Source of the DNA: Flaccisagitta enflata
Lineage: Eukaryota
Length of the DNA stretch: 64,000 nucleotides
Assembly: GCA_965153355.1 (NCBI GenBank)
Contig: OZ231126.1
Span: 5,270,001 to 5,334,000 of the forward strand
Reading direction: 5' to 3'
The position numbers were made by a program, and so were the translations under genes. Under the pieces are notes generated by a model, which had not been told where the DNA came from, made no database searches, and saw only the letters and a program-made list of their open reading frames with translations. Numbering within the stretch: position 1 is the first letter of the stretch; each line of letters starts with the position of its first letter. This document shows positions 1 through 12,669 of this stretch, in pieces.

Positions 1-225
1 ATGTTTCGCTCTGGCGGAAAAAGCAACTGTACTTGTACCTAGTGGATCAGCTTTATTGGATATTAGACCGATGGTCAATCATTGTCCTCTCTGAATCCTT
101 GTTCATGTTTGTATGCGAGATGGGGTGCTCAATATCGTCTCACTTGTCAGTTTATCAAGCATCAAGACCGCACAAATTTGCGCGTAACTCTTATTTCTTG
201 CTGTTTGTGCATTTTCTTTGCCAAG

Positions 226-367
226 GTGGAGATCTGTCCTAGTTGCAAAGGAAATCGAACGACGAGCAAAGACGGTTTGACTAAATGCACTCATTGCAAA
301 GGATCCGGAATGGAGACGTTTACTCAAGGACCTTTTGTCATGAAGAGCACCTGTCGGAAGTGCGCTG
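226..367 (+). CDS. DNAJA3: Mitochondrial DnaJ/Hsp40 (Tid1-like), internal exon with CxxCxGxG zinc-finger repeats; the gene starts before the window
   Basis: Reads VEICPSCKG..CTHCKGSGMETFTQGPFVMKSTCRKCAG. Acceptor ccaag|, donor |gttagt, phase 1 matching the next exon. Confidence 0.88.
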
Positions 368-442
368 GTTAGTAAAGATACCGCGATGTAAACGGGTGAA
401 AGAATGAATTTATGATTGAAGGGTCCCGAATGGAAACGATTA

Positions 443-845
443 CAGACGGGACCCTAATAAGAGCGGAGGAGGGACCAACAGTTTTAGCATCACCCCCTAC
501 AGTTTATGTGGCTCAAGCAAATTTCTCACTTACTGTGGCGGACTATACTTTAGATGGATACAATTGGCGCCACCGTAGTGATTTTTGAATTTCCACCTAG
601 AACACCCCCAAATTGTCAAAATTGAAGAAAAAATTGCTCATTTTTTATGTAGGCCCCGGGGAGTAATTTTGCGAAATTTAAGGGTGTTCTAGGTGGAAAT
701 TCAAAAATCGCCACGGTGGCGCCATTTGTATCCACCTAAGGTGTAAACCGCCATAGCAAGTGAGAAGAATGCTTGAGCCATATAAGCTGTAGGGGGTGAT
801 GCTATAACTTTGGGTCCTCCTCCGCTCTTATTAGGGTCCCGTCTG
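443..845. mobile_element. MITE (Tc1/mariner-type, TA target duplication)
   Basis: TA|CAGACGGGACCCTAATAAGAGCGGAGGAGG ... CCTCCTCCGCTCTTATTAGGGTCCCGTCTG|TA, with ~170-bp imperfect inverted arms. Confidence 0.9.
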
Positions 846-1121
846 TACTCAAAGGACCTACTGTCATGAAGAGCACCTGTCGGAAGTGCGCTGGTTAGTT
901 GAGATGCCGTGATAGGAATGAATGAATAAATGAATGAACGAATGAACGAATGAATGAATGAATGAATGGAAAAATACCCTAAAGAGTCTTCAGTGCTTTG
1001 GTAGTGAGACGACAGCATTTACAGTACTTGTTACCACAATAACGAGTGAGAATAGATGAACCTTAAAATTGTCGATTTTCAATGGTTGCAATCATGATGA
1101 AAGCGTTTCTCCGACTCGCAG

Positions 1122-1328
1122 GTCAAGGAACGATGTTAAAGGATCCATGTATGGAGTGTTTCGGCAAAGGCCGCGTTCAAGGCCGGAAAGAAGTGACAGT
1201 TCCAGTCCCTGCCGGCGTGGAAGACGGACAGACCATCCGGATGTCTGTCGGTGACACCGAAGTCTACGTCATTCTCAGAGTCGCGCCGAGTGAATATTTC
1301 AGGAGAGAGGGCGCTGATGTGCATTCCG
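1122..1328 (+). CDS. DNAJA3: DNAJA3-like exon (last zinc finger and start of the C-terminal domain)
   Basis: Reads GQGTMLKDPCMECFGKG..VPVPAGVEDGQTIRM..FRREGADVHS. Boundaries cgcag| and |gtaaga. Confidence 0.9.
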
Positions 1329-1449
1329 GTAAGATTTGGATTTATTTGCTCTTGCAGCAATGGCTTCACCAGTAATGGCCTGCTATAAGTTCATATAATC
1401 TACCAATCAGAAGAACTAACAAGCAATATCTCACCCGAACAACATGGCA

Positions 1450-1685
1450 CTCAAACGCATTACCAAACGAATTATCAACCAAACGGAGTATACTCAAACG
1501 GATTATCAACCAAACGAATTATCATCCAAACAAACTATAATCTAAACCATCTATCGACCAAACAAACTATCGACCAAACAAACTATCGACTAAACAAACT
1601 ATCGACCATACAAACTATCGACCAAACAAACTATCAACCAATCGATCCACCAATCGATCTATCAATTACCAACCAATCGATCAAC
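1450..1685. repeat. Degenerate 16-bp minisatellite (AAACAAACTATCGACC)n
   Basis: Tandem copies visible directly. Confidence 0.8.
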
Positions 1686-1741
1686 TTAGAGATCATTGAA
1701 TCCATAGTTGTTTTCACATTTTTAATGAACCCGTGTTTCAG

Positions 1742-1870
1742 ATTTGAAAATCTCCGTGGCTCAGTCGGTTCTTGGGGGATCGGTTCGCGTCCGCGGCATC
1801 TACGAAAACATGGACGTGGATATCCCAGCTGGAACAGGCTCGCATAAGATCATCAAACTCTCCAACAAAG
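1742..1870 (+). CDS. DNAJA3: DNAJA3-like exon
   Basis: Reads DLKISVAQSVLGGSVRVRGIY..IPAGTGSHKIIKLSNK. Boundaries tttcag| and |gtaagc. Confidence 0.9.
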
Positions 1871-1936
1871 GTAAGCGCAAACGCATCAAGCCAGATTTCA
1901 AACATGGCCCGCCTGTGACGATTGTGGTTTCCAAAG

Positions 1937-2230
1937 CTTTGGAAATGCCAGTCGGACATATGACCTAAGTGTGCACAAAAACGATATATAAACACATGTG
2001 AAAGGAAAAAGTAGTCACACCATATCATTTACAGTCGTGCCACACTCCTTATTTACATTGTAATGAATAGGGAGAAGGAAAAGGAAGAGGAAGCTCCTAT
2101 ACTTTACTATGGGAAAGGTAGGGTTGGCACGACTATAAATGATAAAATCTCATGAACTTTTCCTTCTAGTTCTCAGGTTGTTATGTGATTTCGCATGGTC
2201 TGGTGATATGTCCGATTGGCATTTCCAAAG
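1937..2230. mobile_element. MITE-like inverted-repeat element
   Basis: CTTTGGAAATGCCAGTCGGACATAT ... ATATGTCCGATTGGCATTTCCAAAG, plus an internal inverted pair near 2025-2041 and 2126-2143. TSD not clear. Confidence 0.6.
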
Positions 2231-2292
2231 TAGGTTGATACCGACACCCCCCCCCCCATTGAATATATTTTACTTCGCCTTCCTCTCTCCAG

Positions 2293-2591
2293 GATTAAGT
2301 CGCGTCAACTCCTACGGATACGGCGATCATTATCTCCACGTCAAAATCCACGTGCCGACGAAATTGACGGAAATGCAGCGTTCTTTACTCGAGGCCTACG
2401 CTCAGACTGAGCTCGATCGCGTAGGCAGCGTCAAACTGTCGCCTTCCAACACTCCTCCTCCTCCTCCTCCTTCTTCCGGTGGAAACGATCATCGAAACAA
2501 CGAAAACGCGCCAGGAGACAGAGATTCGTCATCTACCAACGCCGAAGATGACGAAACCATTATGGACAAAATCAAGAAAAAGCTGTTCTGA
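2293..2591 (+). CDS. DNAJA3: DNAJA3-like last coding exon
   Basis: Reads GLSRVNSYGYGDHYLHVKIHVPTKLTEMQRSLLEAYA..MDKIKKKLF*. Acceptor ctccag|, TGA at 2589-2591. Confidence 0.9.
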
Positions 2592-3222
2592 AGACCCAAA
2601 TGTTGTTGACGTGGCGAGCAAACTTTGAGTAGAAGATGAGAGGGTGATTGACTTTTTTGAAGATTCTCTCACCTGCCCTAGTACCCCTCAGCGTTTTATC
2701 GACCTTGCATGAAAACTCTGTTTTGAAATTCAATCCGTATTCGCTGTGATAACTGGTTTTGTCATGATGACGATGATGATGATGGTGACAAATTGACAAT
2801 GCCTTTGCTGAGGAGAATGACCGCGTATGGGAATTGATTGACAAGCCGCGGCGTAATCAATCATGTGAAGTTATATATTACATACTATTTTGGGACAAGT
2901 CCAGGAAAATAACCGGGGAGTTTGGTTTGTCTCAGTGAGCTTCATGTATACCAAGTTGGAAAAATGGAATCAGAAAAAAATATAATTCTTGTCGGTAAGT
3001 TCCAGTTTAAATGTCGTAGATATGCGTTATAGAAGTTAGCACATTTTTCCTCCTTACAACGTGCGCCGTTTTTGTTTTCAGTTTTTCTGAAGAAATCACT
3101 TTCAACGCTCTCTGATGTCGACGACTTGAGTTTCCCTTGTGGAATCTCGCCTATCGAGTGAAACTGGTTAAATTGCTGAACTGACTTGAGACAAATATTG
3201 AAACTTGAAATAAAACTCGAAA

Positions 3223-3324
3223 ATGGGTTCTTTGGCTCCGATGCGCATGCGGTTGATGTTGTTGCAAGGAAGATCCGCCTCTTCGTTTGGCGTTTTAGCC
3301 AATGGATCTGCAGTCCACAATCAG
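3223..3324 (+). CDS. NDUFS7: NDUFS7 first coding exon (mitochondrial targeting peptide)
   Basis: Reads MGSLAPMRMRLMLLQGRSASSFGVLANGSAVHNQ (R/S/L-rich, no acidic residues). Donor CAG|gtatga, phase 0 matching the next exon. Confidence 0.75.
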
Positions 3325-3527
3325 GTATGATTATGTCATGCGTCGTTATTACGCCTTGTAGACTGGTTGGGAGAAGAGCATGCTTATATGTATGCATATA
3401 CTTATACGTGTGGATGTGAATGCACTGGTTGTTCGTCCGCTGCTTCTCACCGGTTCACGCTGCAACCGTTTTCGTAAATCGTAACTTGTTCTCTTTTCAA
3501 TTCCTTTCCTTACCTCCGCTCGCTCGC

Positions 3528-3930
<403 letters not shown>

Positions 3931-3944
3931 TTTTTATTTTTCAG

Positions 3945-4256
3945 CGTCAATTGTCCACCACGACCCCAGCCACCGCCTCCCTCGTCCCCATCAACAACAA
4001 CAACAACAACAAGAATAGTTTGGCGTTGATCTCCGCGGTGCCCTCGACGGCGTTGACGTGCTTTGCGGTGCCCGTGGCTTCGTTCCATACGACGCCCGAG
4101 GATGCCAAAGAGGCTCAAGTGGCGAAGAAGGAGGAAGTGGTGCCGTTGTTCTCCCCGGACAGGAAACCTTACTCTCCCTTTCAAATCGACCCGAAAACAA
4201 GCAAAGCCGAATACGCCCTGGCCAGAGTCGATGATCTCGTCAATTGGGCTAGAAAG
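3945..4256 (+). CDS. NDUFS7: NDUFS7 exon
   Basis: Ends ..PYSPFQ..AEYALARVDDLVNWARK. Boundaries tttcag| and |gtgcgt. Confidence 0.92.
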
Positions 4257-4325
4257 GTGCGTGTGTGCTTAAGCGTGCGCGCGTGCGTGTGTGTTTGTGT
4301 GTCTGATATTGTGTTTGTGTATATA

Positions 4326-4843
4326 CAGTAGATTCCATCTAGACTTAAGATAACAGGGGCAAGCATTGAGGAAAGACAAATAAAGCCAGGGGGGTGATAT
4401 TTGGAATACAGACTAATAAAAGGATGCTTTATTCCCCATGATAGCTGGTTGCCATGGAAACACATTTCCATGTATTCTCACTAAAATATCAATATTTTGA
4501 GAAATTTTTTTAGGGAACATTGCTTAAAATCAAATTTGCAACAACTTTCCCACAGTATGTTCTGTAAGAATGTCGCTCGTTTGGCCGTTGCTAGGGGCTG
4601 TCACACATGGTTAGCTACGGCAACGGCCAAAAGCGATATTCTTACAGAGTGTGCGTGTATTGCAAGACAATGTTCAAAAGCTATAAGATGTTGATATTTT
4701 CTGAATACATGTAATGTGTTTCCATGACAACCATCATGGTAATAAGCATCCTTTGGTTTATATTCTAAATATCACTCCCCTAGCTTTATTTGTCTTTCCA
4801 TAATTCTTGCCCCCGTTATCTCAAGTCTAGATGGAATCTACTG
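4326..4843. mobile_element. MITE (Tc1/mariner-type, TA TSD)
   Basis: TA|CAGTAGATTCCATCTAGACTT ... AAGTCTAGATGGAATCTACTG|TA, with long imperfect inverted arms. Confidence 0.9.
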
Positions 4844-5203
4844 TATGTGTGTGTGTGTGTGTGTGATTGTATATATATGTGTGTGTGTGTGTCTGCGTTC
4901 GTATGTGTGTGTGTGTGTGTCTGCGTTCGTGTGTGTGTGTGTGTGTGTGTGCGTGCGTGTGTGTCTGCGTGTCTGCGTGCGTGTGTCAGCGTGTGTGTGT
5001 CTGCGTACGTGTGTGTCTGCGTACGTGTGTGTCTGCGTGCGTGTGTGTCTGCGTACGTGTGTGTCTGCGTGCGTGTGTGTCTGTGTGCGTATGTGAAATG
5101 TGCAACAAGAAGTATCTTACAAAAAACTTTGAAGAAATGGTTTTGAAAAATCAACCGGACAATTTAAAGAAAACGGCCAATTGATATCTCTGCGATCGGC
5201 TGA

Positions 5204-5311
<108 letters not shown>

Positions 5312-5834
5312 TGAGACAAGGAAACTGTTTATGTGCGTGTGCGTGGTTCTGTGTGTGTGTGCGCGCGTGTGCGTGTGTTGCGCCGTCGAGATGATGCACC
5401 TCGCCGCACCCAGAAACGACATGGACAGGTGAGACTAGGAAACTGTGTGTGTGTGTGTGTGCGTGTGCGTGTGCATGTGTGTGCGTGCGTGTGTGTGCGT
5501 GTGTGCGTGCGTGTGCGGTTGCGTGCGTGTGCGTGTGTTGTGCCGTCGAGATGATGCACCTCGCTGTAACCAGAAACGACATGGACAGGTGAGACTAGGA
5601 AACTGTGTGTGTGTGTGTGTGCGTGTGCGTGTGCGTGTGCGTGTGCGTGTGTTGCGCCGTCGGGATGATGCACCTCGCTGCAACTCGCTGCACCCAGAAA
5701 CGACATGGACAGGTGTGACGATGAAAATGGTGATGTATTTTTGATTTTAGAAAATCCGCACCGACGGTCTGGGGCTCTTGTCTGGTTGACTTAATGTGTA
5801 AGGAGAGAGAGAGACAGAGAGAGAGAGAGAGTAA

Positions 5835-5972
<138 letters not shown>

Positions 5973-6223
5973 TGATCAATCCTATTTCCTTCTCATGCTT
6001 CCATTCTTCTAGTCTTTCCATTCTTTAAGTCTGTCACTTCTTCAAATCTTTCTATTCGTCAAGTCTCTCCATTCTTCAAATTTCTCCCATCTTTCAATCT
6101 CCTCCAATCTTATCATATCTCTCCCATCTCCTGATCTTCCCGATTTTCGAGCCTCTTCATTTTTCGGATCTTCATTTTTCAATTCTTTCCAGTTATTCTT
6201 TCATTCATAAAGCCTATTGCATA

Positions 6224-6823
6224 CAGTACGATGGGAGCAATGACGACCTAGACTGGAGGATAGATTTTAGGTATTTTAATTTCATTTGTATAATGAAATA
6301 TTTGAGATCTTAGTTAATCAAAGGTTGCTCTATTGAGTGAATGTATTTGCGTCTCTTAAACCTCATTTTGTGACTTGACATTATCAAGACTTCATTTTTC
6401 AATGCTTTAACCATTTTTATTAGATTGGGTGAAAAATTTTACATAATAAAAAAAAAAAAATCAGTTTAAAGGGATTATTTTTACCGCGTTTACGGCTATG
6501 TTTTATAAACAAAAGTTATGCAAATTAATCTTTGGGCAAAACTTGAAATGGCCGTAAAACCTGTAGAAATGGACCGATTGAGTTCATTTTTTTTTCAAAA
6601 CTATATAAAATTTTCCACCCGAGCTATTGAGATAGGTTAGCACTTTGAAAAATGAAGTCTTGATAAGGTCAAGTTGCAAGTTGAAGTTTGAGAGACGCAA
6701 ACATTTTCACTCAATAAAGCAATCTTTAATTACCCAGGATCTCAGATATTTTAGGATACAAACAAACTTAAGGTACCTAAAATCTATCCTCCAGTTTAGG
6801 TCGTCATTGCTTTCATCGTACTG
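6224..6823. mobile_element. MITE (Tc1/mariner-type, TA TSD)
   Basis: TA|CAGTACGATGGGAGCAATGACGACCTA ... TAGGTCGTCATTGCTTTCATCGTACTG|TA; almost the whole element is palindromic. Confidence 0.9.
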
Positions 6824-6874
6824 TATATTCTCAGTTTTTCCATCCACTTCATTCATCTTTCCCGCCTCTTTCAG

Positions 6875-7108
6875 GTTTATGATCAGATGCCGGAGCCCCG
6901 TTGGGTGATTTCGATGGGCAGTTGCGCCAACGGCGGTGGATATTATCATTATTCATATTCGGTGGTTCGCGGGTGCGACCGCATCGTCCCCGTCGACATT
7001 TACGTCCCCGGATGTCCACCCACCGCGGAAGCGCTGCTCTACGGAGTGCTGCAATTGCAGAAGAAGATCAAGAGAATGAAGCATATTCAAATGTGGTACC
7101 GCAAATAA
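6875..7108 (+). CDS. NDUFS7: NDUFS7 last coding exon
   Basis: Reads [62 protein letters not shown]. Confidence 0.98.
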   Translation, partial: VYDQMPEPRWVISMGSCANGGGYYHYSYSVVRGCDRIVPVDIYVPGCPPTAEALLYGVLQLQKKIKRMKHIQMWYRK

Positions 7109-7708
7109 GAGACTGGCACTTATTCAAATGGGGTGCCGAATCTGAAGACGGGAAGTATTCGTATGGGGGATACCTCGGCTCATTTTAAGACTGATCAGAT
7201 ATTTGGTATCGCGGTGGGGTCAAACAGGGGCATGAAATTGTGTACGGTTGATTATCTTTTACTGAAAAGAAGGATAGAAAGATTTACTTGCGAATGATCT
7301 ACTGCTAAATATTCTAAAAAGTATAGTGTTCAAATGTTCATCATTTCGTCCCACTGACATAAGATCGGCCTCATTCGTTGCACAAGCTACTGTTAACTGA
7401 CTAAATGTTTTAGCGGACACTCGAAATATTAACAAAAATGAACCCGGATAGTTTTCTTATACTAGATGTTAGCTTACATCTCCTTTGTGAGGTCCTTGTC
7501 CGGAACGGGGATGGTTTTGAATGATGTCCTGAGCGTAATTGATTGCAGCCAGACTAAAAAGCCACGGTAGTCATTATTCTGGCCCATGTCAATCGCTGTT
7601 GTTTCACTTGATTGTATGTCTTATTGTATAAAATAATATACTCATCTTGATCCGTAGTTCTGTACGGCTCTGATATGTTTTTTCGTCTCTACTTATCGAA
7701 TCATCAAC

Positions 7709-7836
7709 AACAAGGCCAAGTAGGCCAACAAGGTGCGACGTGTGGATCGTCGAACGAATGCGTTACCAACTAACCAACCAACCGACCGACCGACCGACGG
7801 ACACAGCCAGTAATAGAGGTGCTTTGTCGCACCTAC
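7709..7836 (-). mobile_element. DINE-1/HINE-like non-autonomous element (AGGTGCGAC subfamily)
   Basis: Subterminal IR AGGTGCGAC/GTCGCACCT, (GACC)n tract, terminal GGCC-stem hairpin followed by TTGTT. A near-identical copy lies at 40164-40293. Confidence 0.7.
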
Positions 7837-8364
7837 AAAATTCCTACAACCAATCTGTATAATAACTTTTTGCTCGATTGTCGGTCGAGATCTCGACGAC
7901 GATCAATTGCAGTCTAAATGATAACTAAGCTAGATAGCGAAAAATAAACCCTGTTCCTCTTCAATCACAACCTCGAATTTTTGCCTGAATGTCCGCGATG
8001 GTCATGCGAGTGCGTACATCAAATTTCAAGTCAATATCTTCGATAGTTTAGAAGTTATGATAATTTTTCTATATTAAAATCCAGCTTCGATAGGAAACAA
8101 TTTCAAAACGGCATTCAATCCTTACTCAACTACCAACTGACTTTTGATTTACTCTGCTAAGTGGAAGAACTGCTTAATGAGCGCTAAGAAACCGCGCGCG
8201 AAGAAGCTGCTTAATGAACGCAAGCCGTGAACCTTAGCCGTGCGCGTAAATAAATGAATCCTTCGCCAAATAGAGAAGGGAAAGAAGGGAGAAAAGAGAG
8301 AGAGAGAGAGAGAGAGAGAAGAGAGAGAGAGCGAAAGAGAGAGAGAGATGTTTCATCGGCGAAG

Positions 8365-9133
8365 CACAACGCAATCCTCCTTATTACTTCTGAACTGGTA
8401 ACGGGTCAGGGATCTTCTTGATAATTATCAATTGATCCCAGTCTGTTCACTTATCCTTTTGGATCTCGCGGGATCTTTTCAGATCTGGATCCAGAGCTCC
8501 CTCTAGTGCATCAAAGTAAGCTCAATTTTCTTTAGAAAAATCTGATTCAGTGCATGACACTCAGAGATACTATGTAAGAGAGAAAGAGAGAGAAAGAAAA
8601 AGAAAGTGAAAAAAATTAAGTAAAAAATTTTGAAGCAAAAAAAACTTTAAAAGAAAAAAAATTTTGAAGCAAAAAAAATTTCAAAGTGAAAAAATTTCTG
8701 AAGTAAAAACAATCAATGAGTAAAAAAAATTAAACACAAAAAATTTTGAAGCTAAAAAAATTTTTAGCAAATGAAATTAAAAAAAAAATTTTTTTGAGTG
8801 AAAAAATTTTTTTGAGCGAAAAAATTTTGAAGCAAAAAAATTTAAGAGCAAAAAAAATTTTGAAGCAAAAAAAATTTTGAAGCGAAAAAAATTTCAAAGG
8901 AAAAAAATTTTTAAAATGAAAAAAAAAAATTTGAAGCGAAAAAATTTTTGAAGTGAAAAAATATTTTAAGTAAAAAAATTTAAATGGGAGAAAAATTTTG
9001 AAGGTAAAAAAAATTTTGAAGCAAAAAAATTTTGAAGCAAAAAAATTTTTAAAGCGAAAAAATTTTTGTGGCAAAAATTTTTTGAAGCTTTGACATGGCG
9101 CTTTTCAGCCTATATTCTCTCTCTCTTTCTTTC

Positions 9134-9230
<97 letters not shown>

Positions 9231-9432
9231 GTATCTCTGTTAAACACTGAGTGTTATGCATTGAATCAGATTGATGCACTAAAAGTAGCTCTGGATCTGG
9301 ATCCGAAAAGATCTAAAAGAATAAGAGAACTGACTGAGATCAATCAATAATTATCAAGAAGATCCTTAACCCTTTCTTAAAAGATCCCTGACCCGTTACC
9401 AGTACAGAAGTAATAGGGAGGATTGCGTTGTG
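8365..9432. mobile_element. Foldback-like non-autonomous DNA transposon with an internal A-rich tandem array
   Basis: ~210-bp inverted arms CACAACGCAATCCTCC... / ...GGAGGATTGCGTTGTG. The interior (8600-9090) is degenerate (AAAAAAATTTTGAAGC)n. Confidence 0.75.
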
Positions 9433-10415
9433 TGCAGTGCCTGAGATGATGATTCACGTGTATCAATTATCAGTACTGGGCCGGATCGAGCATAAGATAT
9501 TTTGGGGCCAGATTGATTTTAATCTGCACAGAAAACGACCTACTAACAATAATGGCCCGTAATGAGGATAACTTAATCAAAACTCAAAGGAGGGGCCGTA
9601 TTGAAAAAAAGACTTGTGTTTTTTCAGCGCGAGGATGCGATCGTTTGCCAATGTGTCATCAATAAATCAAATACTACCTATTGTAATTATTTCGCGCTAA
9701 AAATTTTCTATTGAAATCCAAAGCAGAACTACAAGATCTATGCATTGGTGCCACTCCCAGGGTAATAGAAGGTGGCGTTTAGCCGTACAGGCAAGATCTT
9801 ACACGCAGTTGAGTTTGATTTCAGAGCAAAATCATAACTGTTCCAACCCTCATGCCCATCTTGTTCAAGCCCTAACTAAGCTCGTTACAACGTCGCGTTT
9901 AAGCTGCACATTGTTGGAATGAAGAAATTTTACTCCATAGCCAATTAGCCATCATGATATCAGTTGAATTAACATGCAAATTTGTTTAGTTTCTGCAACT
10001 TGGTCAGCTTTGTGAGACATGAATCAGATTAATGGAAACTTGACGGTTAAGGAATATAATAAAATGATTGTGAGTAATGATAGTCAAGCATCTTTGCCTA
10101 GCATAGACAGACTTTTTGAAACAAGGGAAGGACTGCTGACAATTGACGTTCTAGCCGAATTGGGTTTCTGGCATCTGGTAGTGTGTTTTGTTTTTGTCCC
10201 CGACGAACTGTTTTCGTCGGTGGACTATGAAGTAGCATGGTCGTGTAGTCTGTCTGTGTCTGTGTCTGTGTATGAAACCATATCTGTGTCTGTGGCTGTG
10301 TCTGTGAATGTGTCTGTGGCACCGTCTGTGTCTATGTCGGTATATATGTAGGTGTCTGTGTCCGTGTCTGTGTCAGAAAATTAAAAAGTAAAAGCTTTTA
10401 CCTACGCTTTGCCTA

Positions 10416-10925
10416 TTATTTTTGTAGTAATATTTAGCTGGGACTTAGGTGGTTTACATAGGTAGAGGGTAGTAAAGGTTTATGAATTTTTTTTTTAATT
10501 TGGTATACAAGCAGAGGGTAGTAAATAAACAACCCACTGCAATTCGGAATTAAATACGAAGCCTAGTTTATAAGATGTGTGTTTATTTATGTAGTAATAT
10601 ATTATTAGGACTTAGGCAGTTTACGTAGGCAAAAAGTAGTAAAGGTTTATGAATTTTTTTTTAATTTGGTATGAGTAGAAGGAAAGTAAATAAGCAGCCC
10701 ACCGCAAGTCGAATTAAATCTGAAGCCTGGTTTATGAGATGGAAACTCTTATTTATGTAGTAATATGTTCTTAGGACTTAGTTTTTATATAGGCAAAGGG
10801 TAGTAAAAGTATGTGAATTTTTTAAAAACTTAGTAAACAGGTAAATAATGTCAATTAAACAGCTCTTTTAAAATTAGATTTAAATACAAAGTCTAGTTTT
10901 ATGATATATAAAACTTATTTATGTG
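10416..10925. repeat. Three diverged tandem copies of a ~166-bp unit
   Basis: The motif TTATTT(A/T)TGTAGTAATAT..GGACTTAG recurs at ~10416, 10583 and 10749, with a partial start at ~10915. Confidence 0.75.
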
Positions 10926-12629
10926 TATACCTATAAAGCTGTTGTGAATACGCATACACATACGCACACACACACGCACACACACACACACACACACACA
11001 CGCACATACACACACACACAGCACACATGCAAAAACACACAGCGCTTACATTACCAGCTGGCACCTTTTCATGCTGTGTGTACTTGCCTTGCGCGGTTGC
11101 ATCGAGACTCAAGGACCAAGGTTTCTTTGGACTTAGTGTTTAATGTTGAGTGTGTAGTCGTAGGCTTAAGGTATGGGTAATGTTTAGGTATGTAAATAAA
11201 TGGATGCATAAGAGGCCTCATCTTATACGTGGACGTCAATTATTTTTAATTTTTTTTGAAATATTTTGAAATTTTTTTGCTTTGAAATTTTTTTTTTTTT
11301 TGAAATTTTTTTGAAAAAAATTTTTTTTATAAGTCTTTTTGAAATTTTTTTTTTGAAATTTTTTTTTTAACGTAGTGTATCTTCTCGAGTCGCGTTTACG
11401 CGACGAGAAAGCTTCAAAAATTACAGTCCCCAGTCGGGGACTGTAATTTTGAAGCTTTTTTAAATTTCATTCACTTATTTCGGATATGGACATAGTTATT
11501 ATTTACTGAAAGCGTCAAAATGTCTTATCTAATGGGAAGTCGAATCCATTTGATATATTTAATTTTAGCTTCAACAATCAACAGAGACCGTATTCCCTTA
11601 CAATATTTCTACTAAACATTGGAACTAAGGGTTTTGAGTTGACGCGGTGTGGCGCCCCTTGTCTTTGCGCTTATGCCTCTGCTCTGCCCTTTGCTGACTC
11701 AGCTGATGAGAAATGAGACAGTTTTGACTTTTGAATGATTACTAGATTCTGGGAAATAGGACACGAGATCGTTAAGAAACAACCGGAACGTTGTCAAATA
11801 ACATTTTGGAAGGTTGAACGAAGAATTGGCTGTTATGGGACATTAACTTGCCTCGGCAGTATCGCAGAATCCGCGGGAATTGCCTCTGATCCCGGGTAAG
11901 TTCACCTACGGGAACCTTTCAATCAGTCAAAGCTTGTATGTACAAAGCTTGTCCGTCACATAAGCTGGTTCTAGAACTGCTTGGTTGTATGACAATTGGA
12001 ACAATATCCCTGACTATACCCAACTGATGTATAACTATATATTGCCACAATGCTACATGTTCTTAGTATTTTGCATTCGATTGATATGGTCAGGGACGTG
12101 ACTGATGTGATTTAGTCGACTGAATGAACTGATCGGAACATTTAAATGCATCAAACCATTGACTTGGATTACTTATTGGCTCAAACGATTTGATTCGATT
12201 AATGAAACTGGCTATTAAATGACCTGATGGTTCCATATGTTAAGTAACAATGCGTCAGCCCAATGGTCGTATTGCATTGTCATTTTCTGGCGGATTTCAA
12301 ACATTGCCCATCTTCACACGACGTTTGTAGGGTTACTTTGTTCAGCCCCAAATAAATTGGGAAATTGTTTGATTGTCATGATTCGATAAGCTGTAAAATT
12401 GTCTTTATACATTAATAATTACTTTGTTACAAATTGTACTGCGAACAGGAGGACCTATTTACTTTAGCTTCAAATAAAGAGAGTGATTCAAACTGCATAA
12501 TTTCAATAAATAATGGACAAGTCACACCCGTAATGGTTAACTCATATTGACAAACGAAATATGAGATTTGTTTGTATTTTGTATTTAGGGTGAACGGAGT
12601 CATCATCCCGGGGAGGTTGACCATTGACG

Positions 12630-12669
12630 ATGGCGTCGGACGGTGACAGGATGATGAGGGCCCTTGAAG
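12630..12669 (+). CDS. Putative first coding exon of the ADAR gene (exon 12589-12669)
   Basis: Acceptor tttgtatttag| at 12588, then ATG GCG.. MASDGDRMMRALE-G|gtgagt. The phase-1 end matches the phase-1 start of ADAR exon 31884. No homology support. Confidence 0.4.
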
